Of a stretch of 20,000 nt of DNA, positions 11,760-20,000 are shown piece after piece. Position numbers and translations under genes: made by a program. Every line of letters starts with the position of its first letter. Position 1 is the first letter of the stretch. Below the pieces are notes generated by a model. That model had not been told where the DNA came from. It searched no databases and saw only the letters and a list, made by a program, of their open reading frames with translations. The DNA is from Rotaria socialis (Eukaryota). The stretch is from NCBI GenBank assembly GCA_905331295.1, contig CAJNYD010000281.1:49418-69417 (forward strand). Reading direction: 5' to 3'.

Positions 11760-14637
11760 AAGTTTTTCTACTTGTACTTTTCATACTTTTCTTCTCACCA
11801 AGTACAAGTATGAGTATTGACAGTTGTACGTACTACTTGAACTTGTACTTTGAGGTATATACTTTCAATCCTTGAATTTATTCACAAAATAGACTCGAGT
11901 ATGTTCTTCCTCAGCTTTGCAAATTTAACAGAAATCTTGCTCTTGAGCTTTGCTATTCATTTAGGAGTTAATAATCACATTTGAGGAATTTCGATGTCTT
12001 TCTCCCTTTCTTTCTTTCTTTCTGAATATTCTTATTAATTGATCAAGTGTGAGTTTTTTTTATCTAAATTTTAAAATAAATTTCATGATCGTCTTTCGTA
12101 ATACTACTCTACATTTTTTCGTAACCATTCTACAACAGAACATATTATAAAGAGCAATATATAAAAAATTCATCAAATTTGTAAAAACGAACTATGGAAA
12201 CATAAAACTGAACAGTCATTTGATTATCAATTGAGCCACTGAATTCATTGCTAAATCAAGCTTTCATTCATTCGCAAGAATACCAAATTTCGAAATACTT
12301 CTTCACGCATTGATGTTCGTCTTGGTGACATGATGATGCCTGCTCGACTAAAAACTCGCTCAATTGGCGCTGAGGTTGCTTGTATCGAGTATACGCGTTT
12401 GACTACATTCTTTAAAGTGTGTAGTTGCGAATTTTTCCAATATAGAGAAAAATTGCAACGTAAAGGGTCATTCAAATACGCGTTTATCTCATTCATGGGA
12501 CTTTTAAGTGAATTAGGTGATACATTACAACCATTGCTGTCATCATCATATTGGAAAAGTTTACGTTTTTTATCAGTTGTAGTTCTAGTCGACTGAACCA
12601 CCGAATCATTCATATCAATAGACCTTGACGAAAATGATGATAATGTCTCTCGAAGATTATTCGATGATCGATTTTGTCCATAGTCGCATTCATCTAACAC
12701 CATCTGAATGAGTGATTCCTTCATCTTTGATTCACAAGCTGGACTGTACTTCATCTGACGGAGCCAATACAGTTTGAATTCAGGATCTAGGAATGTGCAA
12801 ACGAAATAGATATGGTCTGAGAATCGATCATTTGCATTAACACTCTGCTGATGTAAACGTTTGACGATTCCAGCAAATCGTCTATGGATAGATTGTTCCA
12901 GTTGTATACACATTGATTTCAATATTCTCAAATTTGTCTTCATCACATTCACATGATCAAGTAAATGTACCACCGACGGAACGACAAGACTGGCAGTTAC
13001 GACTGATTGGGATTGTACACGAACAGTAATTTCAGCAAATGGTTCCAATAGTTCAACAGCCTCTTGCAATACAATAAAATCATTATTATTAAACTTCACT
13101 TCATTGTCTTCGAGTATTTCTGTAATATCATCGACATTGGCCTTCTCGAGACTAAGTATTGACTTCATTAGAAGATATTCTGAACTCCATCGTGTCACCG
13201 TACGTTGACTTATTGATTTACCAATATCATCAAGAAGATCAGCTATCTTCGTGGACTTGTGAGACCATTCGGCTAACTTGATACATTTGAGTAAACATTT
13301 AGATAAACACGGGACATTTGCTACTCCATCGCGTACAGTCAATTGAAGACTATGTGCAAAGCAGGATAATCGGCTTGCAATGTTGCCATCAACATCATTC
13401 GAATCGTGCTCGTTTTCATGCCAATCGGTTAGAGTCCAACGACGTAAAAAGTCAGAAGCGTCATCACTAGATTCAACTGATTCGTAATGTTCTTCTTCAT
13501 CATTATCATGGTTGATAAGAATGTCATGAGAATTACTAACTATTAAACCAAATTTGTACGCTTTTATCATAGACGCCGCATTGTCCGTAATAATTCTGTA
13601 CACTTTGTGCGTTATCTACGATCAGGAAAGAGAAAGAATAACTTATCACATGCGATCCAACTAATTCGTTTCTGTTTCTATTTATTATTCTCCTGAAAAT
13701 GTGTACTCTGACTAACCTGTAGCCCTTCTAGTATTTTTTCCGTCATATTCCGAACATTGTCTCCAGTATGTGATCCTTTTAGACGGCAAAAATCCAAAAG
13801 GAAAGCTTGTGGAATGTAATTGGAATCTATAAAATGACCTGTTAAGCCAAGAAACGATTTGGCACGTCGATCAGTCCAAATATCTACAGTGATACTTAAA
13901 TGAGTAACATCATCCAGGAGACATTTCATTTTATTTTGAGCCTTATCGAATAACAATGGCAACAGCTTATTTGTAAAATATCGTGAAGATGTTGACTTCC
14001 ACTTCGGAGCTAATGTTTTCAAAAAGTTTCTAAAATTCGCATGCTCAATGATTGAGAGTGGCAAGTTACATTTGATGATCAGCTGTTCTAAAATAGCTTC
14101 ATTGATTTTCTTCATATAATTCGTGGTATTTTCCAGGTCGTCATCCTCGTCATTTGCCAATGAAGTAATGCTTTTTGAATATCTGAATTTTTCATATTGA
14201 ATATTATGTTTCCGTTTGAGGTGCTTATGAAAGTTGCCTGTTGATCCAATCTTGTCCAAGTAATGTTTTTCACATATCGTGCATTGAGCAGAGACAGTGT
14301 TGTTGTTTGGACATGCGAAGATGAAAAACTCTTTTATTACGTTCATATAAAACAGCAAAAAATGGAATTCAAATAAGATTTTGGAAAATTTTCACGAATG
14401 TATACAAAACTTACGTTGAACATACGAAAGCTCATTTTCGTACATCCAGACGTAGAATGGTTTTACTGGTGTATTGGTAAAAGTATGCTAAACGTACTGT
14501 TTTCTTTTCGATCTATCCCTGGATTGACTTTTTACAAACCGTATTTTTTTAAAAGAATAAGTATAAGTACAAAGTATATTGTTAAAAGTAAAATTACAAT
14601 ACTTTCACTTATGGTACTTCTACTTCTCCTAGCTCTG
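11760..14637 (-). mobile_element. hAT-superfamily DNA transposon (left boundary approximate)
   Basis: Transposase gene flanked on both sides by AAGTA/TACTT-rich subterminal motifs (11769-11865, 14558-14626). The putative 5' terminus reads CAGAGCTAGGAGAAGTAGAAGTACC on the minus strand from 14637. A matching 3' TIR or TSD was not found. Confidence 0.65.
12251..14445 (-). CDS. hAT transposase with BED zinc finger and C-terminal dimerisation domain, spliced, about 670 aa
   Basis: BED finger (CTIC...NFHKHLKRKH), TVDIWT, TDNAASM, SCFAHSLQL (CxxH), TRWSS and ATSAPIERVFS. Phase-0 intron 13616-13716 (GTTAGT...CGTAG) joins LEGLQ|ITHKVYRIITDN. The start is uncertain: a GTAAGT donor at 14414 with ATG at 14445 or 14435, or the in-frame ATG at 14346. 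Confidence 0.95.
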
Positions 14638-15042
14638 TAGAAAATGCACAAAACGAAGCGTTATATAGGAAAGAAAAATCACACCGATTCTTTTTCAATT
14701 TATAGACGATCGTTGCAATTATGTTGTACAAGGCTTTTAAAAGTTTCTAGAGTATGAAAAAGTTGGCAACGGCAGCAAAAAAATGAACAAAAATCGATTT
14801 ATGAAAAGAAAAATCATACACAGTCGCAATAGTGTTGGAAATTTAAAAAAACCGACATGTCGGCATTGCTCATTCATCTCACCGAAAGAAATGAGAAAAG
14901 AATTGAATCGTCGTAACCGAAGTCAATTCAATGGCAACCCAAACACATACTGCAAAAAATTCTTCGTAAAACAACTTTCATACACACAATCTCTTCTCAT
15001 TAAAAACAAAGCGGAACCGGAGCGTGTCGTACTCAGCACTAA

Positions 15043-15095
15043 GAGGGTGAGGGTGAGGGTGAGGGTGTGAGGGTGAGGGTGAGGGTGAGCGTGAG
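15043..15095 (+). repeat. Internal telomeric repeat tract (TGAGGG)n, inferred former chromosome end
   Basis: GAGGGT x4, GT, GAGGGT x3, GAGCGT, GAG. TGAGGG is the reported telomeric repeat of the bdelloid Philodina roseola. Confidence 0.85.
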
Positions 15096-15263
15096 ACCAG
15101 CTACCTTCAACTTAAGATATCATTGAGGGTTTGAGACAAGTGAACAACTGCCATAATCTAGATTTCCTCTACGCAAAAAGAATCATGAGATGGCTTATAA
15201 ACACTGAATGCTTCTTAATTGAACAATCAGAGGGTGTGAGGGTGTGTTAGATACACTCAAGCT

Positions 15264-15338
15264 ATAGATTCAAAGCCGAATATGATGCGTTTCGAACCTT
15301 GCTTAAGGGTTCAATCATCAGGTATCTTCAGAATCTAT
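15264..15338 (-). ncRNA. Type I hammerhead ribozyme copy 1 (mutated, probably inactive)
   Basis: Minus strand GATAC-CTGATGA-TT-GAACC..GGTTC-GAAACGCATC-ATATT. Two G>A changes relative to copies 3 and 4 break stem III and the first pair of stem I. Confidence 0.75.
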
Positions 15339-15549
15339 TAACTACATTGAAAACAAAATAAGATCATTAGATAACACCTAGAATTCGAATTCATTGTAAT
15401 TAATTTCAATAAAGGAATTTTCAAAGAAGAAAATCACCAAAAAGAAACAAGAACAGATGAAACTCGAAAGGAGTAAGTCTAATATGTGATCGAATTTGTT
15501 TGAATCGTAGTTTATTTTTATAACTGGGTGTGTTAGATACACTCAAGCT

Positions 15550-15618
15550 ATAGATTCAAAGCAGAATACGACGTTTCGTCCTTGCTTAAGGGATTCATCA
15601 GGTATCTTTAGAATCTAT
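15550..15618 (-). ncRNA. Minimal type I hammerhead ribozyme copy 2
   Basis: ATAGATTCTAAAGATAC-CTGATGA-ATCCCTTAAGCAAGGAC-GAAACGTC-GTATTCTGCTTTGAATCTAT: core CUGAUGA/GAAA, GUC triplet and extended stem I. Confidence 0.85.
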
Positions 15619-15907
15619 ATACTACATTGAAAACAAAATAAGATCATTAGATAACACCTAGAATTCGAGTGTCAATTAGAAAACAGATCAATCTATCCTT
15701 TAACGAAAAGAAAAGTCAATGTGCTAGTCTCAACTCTTTCATTTTGTTGAAAAATTAAATCTTTCTCGAAATCAAAAAATTTCAATAAAAATTTATTAAA
15801 AAACTAAATAAAGCATGACGAGACTCTATCTCTCTTGACCGATAACAGTGTCCAACTAGTTAGAAGAAAAGACCTAATCATTCCTCGAACAAGAACCCTG
15901 AGAGTAA

Positions 15908-15990
15908 CATTGAACTAAGTCTCAAGTGGCTTTGAACTAAGTGTCGCGTGGCATTGAACTAACGCTAAAGTCGAATTGAACTAAGTGGGT
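15908..15990. repeat. Four 22-bp-period repeats with a TTGAACTAA core
   Basis: TTGAACTAA at 15910, 15932, 15954 and 15976, with variable intervening sequence. Confidence 0.85.
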
Positions 15991-16014
15991 GGGTGTGTTA
16001 GATACACTCAAGCT

Positions 16015-16089
16015 ATAGATTCAAAGCAGAATACGACGCGTTTCGAACCTTGCTAAAGGGTTCAATCATCAGGTATCTTTAGAATCTAT
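16015..16089 (-). ncRNA. Type I hammerhead ribozyme copy 3
   Basis: GATAC-CTGATGA-TT-GAACCCTTTAGCAAGGTTC-GAAACGCGTC-GTATT within an outer stem ATAGATTC/GAATCTAT. Predicted cleavage between 16035 and 16034. Confidence 0.88.
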
Positions 16090-16300
16090 TGACTACATTG
16101 AAAACAAAATACGATCATTAGATAACACCTAGAATTCGAATTCATAGTAATTAATTTCAATAAAGGAATTTTCAAAGAAGAAAATCACCAAAATGAAACA
16201 ATACTAGATGAAACTCGAAAGGAGTAAATCTAATATGTGATCGAATTTGTTTGAATCGTAGTTTATTTGTATAACTGGGTGTGTTAGATACACTCAAGCT

Positions 16301-16375
16301 ATAGATTCAAAGCAGAATACGACGCGTTTCGAACCTTGCTAAAGGGTTCAATCATCAGGTATCTTTAGAATCTGT
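16301..16375 (-). ncRNA. Type I hammerhead ribozyme copy 4
   Basis: Core and stems identical to copy 3. Confidence 0.88.
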
Positions 16376-16573
16376 TGAACTACATGAAAAATATAGACTA
16401 TATATGAAGATAGAAATATTCCTTAGTATTTAACATAAATTCTACAATTCAATAAAGGAGTCGATAAAGACGACAGCCAAGTTGAATGATATAGAAAATA
16501 AAGTTAAAAGGAATAGATCCTATATAGAATGTATTCTTATAACGTAGTTGTTTATATAACGGGTGTGTTAGAC

Positions 16574-16605
16574 GAGGGTGTGTGTGGGTGAGGGTGTGGG
16601 GTGTG
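16574..16605 (+). repeat. Irregular telomeric cap (mixed TGAGGG/TGTGGG) between two retroelement copies
   Basis: GAGGGTGTGTGTGGGTGAGGGTGTGGGGTGTG lies between truncated family 1 and the start of family 2. Confidence 0.8.
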
Positions 16606-16611
16606 TTGAAT

Positions 16612-16686
16612 AACCACAATATTTTATTTTAAGTTGTTTTAAATTTTATTTCGATTCTATTTTAAAAGAATCATTATCAAGTGGCA
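16612..16686 (-). ncRNA. Variant (U3-A8) type I hammerhead ribozyme, family 2 copy 1
   Basis: GCCAC-TTGATAA-T-GATTCT(TTTAAAAT)AGAATC-GAA-ATA...TAT-T-GTGGT: stem I GCCAC/GTGGT, 6-bp stem II, stem III ATA/TAT and an AUU triplet. Confidence 0.6.
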
Positions 16687-16794
16687 TTAGATATTAGCTT
16701 GATTCCGAAAAATCAAATGAAACTAAATATCCAAATGAAAAAGAAAATTTTCAAGAAATTTCTTTCCAATAAACTCTATAAGAGTGTGTTGAAT

Positions 16795-16869
16795 AACCAC
16801 AATATTTTATTTTAAGTTGTTTTAAATTTTATTTCGATTCTATTTTAAAAGAATCATTATCAAGTGGCA
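16795..16869 (-). ncRNA. Variant (U3-A8) type I hammerhead ribozyme, family 2 copy 2
   Basis: Same sequence as 16612-16686, 183 bp further along. Confidence 0.6.
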
Positions 16870-17009
16870 TTAGATATTAGCTTGATTCCGAAAAATCAAA
16901 TGAAACTAAATATCCAAATGAAAAAGAAAATTTTCAAGAAATTTCTTTCCAATAAACTCTATAAGAGTGTGTTGAATAACCACAATATTTTATTTTAAGT
17001 TGTTTTAAA

Positions 17010-17026
17010 TTTTTTTTTTTTTTTTT
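17010..17026 (-). other. A17 tract (minus strand) at the junction between the terminal repeats and the ORF 3' UTR
   Basis: The T17 run starts exactly where the third 183-bp unit breaks off, about 120 nt downstream of the stop codon at 17149. Confidence 0.65.
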
Positions 17027-17148
17027 ACATATGAAATTTTTTTCTAATCGTATATATTCTTTTTGAGAAGAGAACAGAAAAGACATTCAAGTTTTGAAGA
17101 AAAACGAACACGTTATTGAAATCTGTTATGTTAAGAAGTCTATGTTGC

Positions 17149-18243
17149 TTATGAGTTTGCATCATTTTGTGTGGCCATTTGTAGAATTTTTTTAGCACGT
17201 TGTTCTATGTTCCGTAGTCTTGCTTGGATAATTGTTTCCATATTGAATTCGTTTCTATTGAATATGTTTGTTTGAATTTCGAAGTTTTTCGTTATATCTT
17301 CACTTTTCATATCTTCTGAATTGATGATAAATTCAGATTTGATTTCAGTTGTATCCATTTGATAGGATGTTTTAGTTTGTATAGTTGATTGTCGTTTTTT
17401 TTCGAACGTTACATTTGATTGTAACCATGGTTTGAGGGTGAATGTAATCTTTCGTTTATTAAACCTACTATGTTTGCGCCAAAGCTGTTGAGCTAAATAT
17501 TTCTAAAATGACAATGTTTAGAATTTATTATCGAAGAAGTTTTTTTGTTTCCGTATACTTACTTGTTGTTCGTTTGGGCTCCAACTATAAAATTGTTTGA
17601 CAAGTTCAACTTCTTTTATATCGAATGGTAAAATCGACTTTTTGTTTTCGAAAAATTGTTTCGATTTTTTGAGATCATGGTCGATGAGTGTACTTATCGC
17701 GAAATCCATCGTATCGATTGAAAAGTTGTTAATGTATTCCTTTGCTATTCCATAATAATGATTTTTTTCTTCTGAGTGCTTGTTCAATCTAAATTCTGCT
17801 TCTCGAATTTTATTATTCATCAGTTGTTGTCGATGTTGTAAATTTCGTTGACTTCGAGGATAATCCCAATTAATCGAATTATGTTTTGTTATATTTTTCG
17901 GCATCCCTGATAACCATTGTATAGCAGGTGTTGCCATTTGAATAAGATGTTGCCAATAATCTTGTTCAATCTGTAATTGTGATAAATGAAATTTTAAAAT
18001 TGTATGCTCTCGAATAAAATTAAATAAAGCACGATTTGATAGCCAATGTCGAATTTTTTGATGATCACTTGGTATAGCATTCGATAATTGACGAATGAAT
18101 ACATTGGCCGGTAATTTCCTATAATTTGGTAGATTTTTCAATGATGATACTTTCCATTTGTCTACACTTAATTGATTCTTCTTTCTAACAAGTCCATTAT
18201 TTGTTTTAGCAGGTAAATTTTGTTCGATCATTTTTACTTCCAT
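17149..18243 (-). CDS. Athena/Terminon ORF1-like coiled-coil protein, two exons (18243-17563, 17502-17149), about 344 aa
   Basis: A 60-bp phase-0 intron 17503-17562 (GTAAGT...TTTTAG) fuses the 241-aa and 69-aa track ORFs in frame: FYSWSPNEQQ|KYLAQQLWR. The motif pattern (LQIEQDYW, W...K...N...R...R, LVKQFY..PN..Q...A..LW) resembles, from memory, Athena-associated coiled-coil ORFs. Co-oriented with the ribozymes. Confidence 0.75.
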
Positions 18244-18552
18244 TGATTTTGATTCTTGTTTATAATTTATTTCAAATTGAAAATAATATAAATGATGAGA
18301 TTGTATTTTATATCGAAATGATTTATTTGTATATCTAAAATGGAGAATACATTGACTTTCTTTTTCTTTTTATTTACAATGAAAATGAATTTAATTCTAA
18401 TTTTTCTCAAATATTAGATTTCTATTTTTTTATCTGTACAATAGAAGGCAAGATGAAAGAATGAATATGAGATAAACTACAACGATTAACATTCTAAATA
18501 ATAGTTTCAATTCTTTTTAAGACAATTACAATCGTAAGAATTTTAAAATGAA

Positions 18553-19160
18553 TCAAAATGCATTACGATAATTTTGATATGTTCTTTTATACAACTTTTC
18601 AAGTGTTTTTGTTCGATTTGTTTGTGGAATATAACGTCGAGGTCGATTTGTCATACGATCATGTACAAACACTTTGTCGAATGATCTATTTTTGAATGCC
18701 TCGAATAGTTGCAGACCATGTTCACCGCTATGTACACATACTTCAGTAATATAATTCCAAAATGCCTGATGATCTCGTAGATATTGAGAAATGAGTGTTG
18801 CTTCGAATGTTTTTGCTTTATCATAATTGATGGAATGAAAATCTTCACCAAGTAACCATAAAAGATTGGCTGATAATGATAATTTATAAGGCCATTGATT
18901 TCTACGTTCGATGTTACATCTTTGACATTGACACTTATCATCGCCAATACTGCAATAAATAACAAAAAAAGTTGAAGAAATAGAAGAAGAAGAAGAAGAA
19001 GAAGAAGGTGAATTAATTCAGTTAGTACAATCATTTTGTTATACCTATATTTTAATCTTTGAAATGGATATCCAATTTCATTTCGTCGTTTTGAGAGCCC
19101 ATTCGACGAGTCTTCTTTAATAAAACATGTATAATGTTTCACAAGAATAAGTTTAACCAT
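18553..19160 (-). CDS. Spliced hypothetical protein (about 170 aa) with a CxCxxC motif; exons 19160-19045 and 18949-18553
   Basis: Phase-2 intron 18950-19044 (GTATAA...pyrimidine tract...TTGCAG) gives PFQRLKYS-IGDDKCQCQRCNIERRNQWPYKLSLSANLLWLLGEDF...YKRTYQNYRNAF*. Exon 2 is a 131-codon open frame missed by the ORF track. Additional upstream exons are possible. Confidence 0.7.
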
Positions 19161-20000
19161 TTCAATAATTTCGAAATTGAAGTTGATAGACGATCTATAG
19201 AATTGTTTGAATTTGTTACAGAATAATATCTAAAATAGAACATACTATCTTCATTTTTCATAATGAATACGTACACGTTTGTATAATAAATTATGATTTA
19301 AGTAAAAGATTAATTTATAAAGTAAAAGTAAATGAAAGAGAAAAAAATTGATGGTAAGTTATAGAATTAAAATGATAAAACATATTGAAATAGATGAATC
19401 TAAAATTGTACTTAATTAAAATACACAAAAAATTCATTGACTAAAAACAATCCATGTATCATTTGGTCATTAATTGCTTGAAATAGAAGAAGAAGAAGAA
19501 GTTAAAGAATAGAAATAATACATTCAATTGAAATAAGATATATTTGTATATCATCTATAGAAATTCAAACAAAAAAAAACAATCCATGTTTGAAAATATT
19601 CAGAAAAAAATAGTTTATAATTACTTGTATCATTTTTCTAAGAAATGTACGATGATAGTTCCATTTATCATATTGTCATTGCAAAGATACCAAAATAATA
19701 AGATGTTCCATCAAAGAAATGATACTATGATCTAGAATGAAATAACAAATATCCTAATGTAGTAGTTAAGACGTAAATAATAAATGAAGACACAAATATA
19801 TAGAAAAAGTGTCACATAAATGAAAAATTATTTTCAATAACAAATGGAAAACAAAAGTTGAAAAATTCTAATATCTATTATGTTGATGGTTCATTATATC
19901 TTCTATCCATTTTTGTTTTATTTTTCATTATTCTGGAAATATTATTTTTATCGTTTGTTCTGTATGATATCGAATACATTCAATCATGTTTTGTTGACGA

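Larger units (their letters stand above)
15240..15668 (-). mobile_element. Athena/Terminon-type retroelement 3' terminal repeats, family 1 (1.5 units of 286 bp)
   Basis: Units start GGGTGTGTTAGATACACTCAAG at 15240 and 15526, so the RNA 3' end is ...AACACACCC, complementary to telomeric DNA. Preceded by the telomeric-type GAGGGTGTGA (15230-15239). Each unit contains a hammerhead motif. Confidence 0.85.
15991..16572 (-). mobile_element. Athena/Terminon-type 3' terminal repeats, family 1, second insertion (2 units plus 12 bp)
   Basis: GGGTGTGTTAGA at 15991, 16277 and 16561 (periods 286 and 284). The distal half of the second unit (about 16385-16540) is diverged. Confidence 0.85.
16599..17014 (-). 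mobile_element. Athena/Terminon-type 3' terminal repeats, family 2 (two apparently identical 183-bp units plus a partial third)
   Basis: GTGTGTTGAATAACCACAAT at 16601, 16784 and 16967. Shares the GTGTGTT terminus with family 1 and contains a variant hammerhead fold. Confidence 0.8.

Noticed and set aside
14783..15070. 95-aa basic ORF ending RVRVRVRV
   Set aside because: The tail is translated telomeric repeat and the rest has no recognisable features.
15908..15990. CRISPR-like repeat/spacer pattern
   Set aside because: The period is only 22 bp, the spacers are similar to each other, the context is eukaryotic, and there are no cas genes.
18651..19044. Track ORF with a poly-Leu 'transmembrane' segment
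   Set aside because: The poly-Leu derives from an intronic (CTT)n tract; a spliced alternative frame explains the region better.
19200..20000. Possible further retroelement ORF or reverse transcriptase
   Set aside because: No long open frame or RT motifs are visible; very AT-rich non-coding or decayed sequence.

Overview
AT-rich eukaryotic DNA with short GT-AG introns, most consistent with a bdelloid rotifer subtelomere: the (TGAGGG)n/(TGTGGG)n tracts match published Philodina/Adineta telomeric repeats. From left to right: the 3' end of a host gene and a small acidic ORF; degenerate repeats and MITEs; a compact cluster of three co-oriented intronless ORFs, one of which is a fusion of domains that the other two encode separately; an apparently intact hAT transposase gene. 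From an internal (TGAGGG)n tract at 15043 onward there is a chain of head-to-tail, minus-strand Athena/Terminon-type (Penelope-like) retroelement 3' ends separated by telomeric caps. Two terminal-repeat families occur. The 286-bp units carry minimal type I hammerhead ribozymes. The 183-bp units carry a non-canonical U3-A8 hammerhead. These are followed by a poly(A) junction and two spliced ORFs (an Athena ORF1-like coiled-coil protein and an unknown CxCxxC protein). No reverse transcriptase lies inside the window. All family assignments come from motif recognition by eye, not from database searches.
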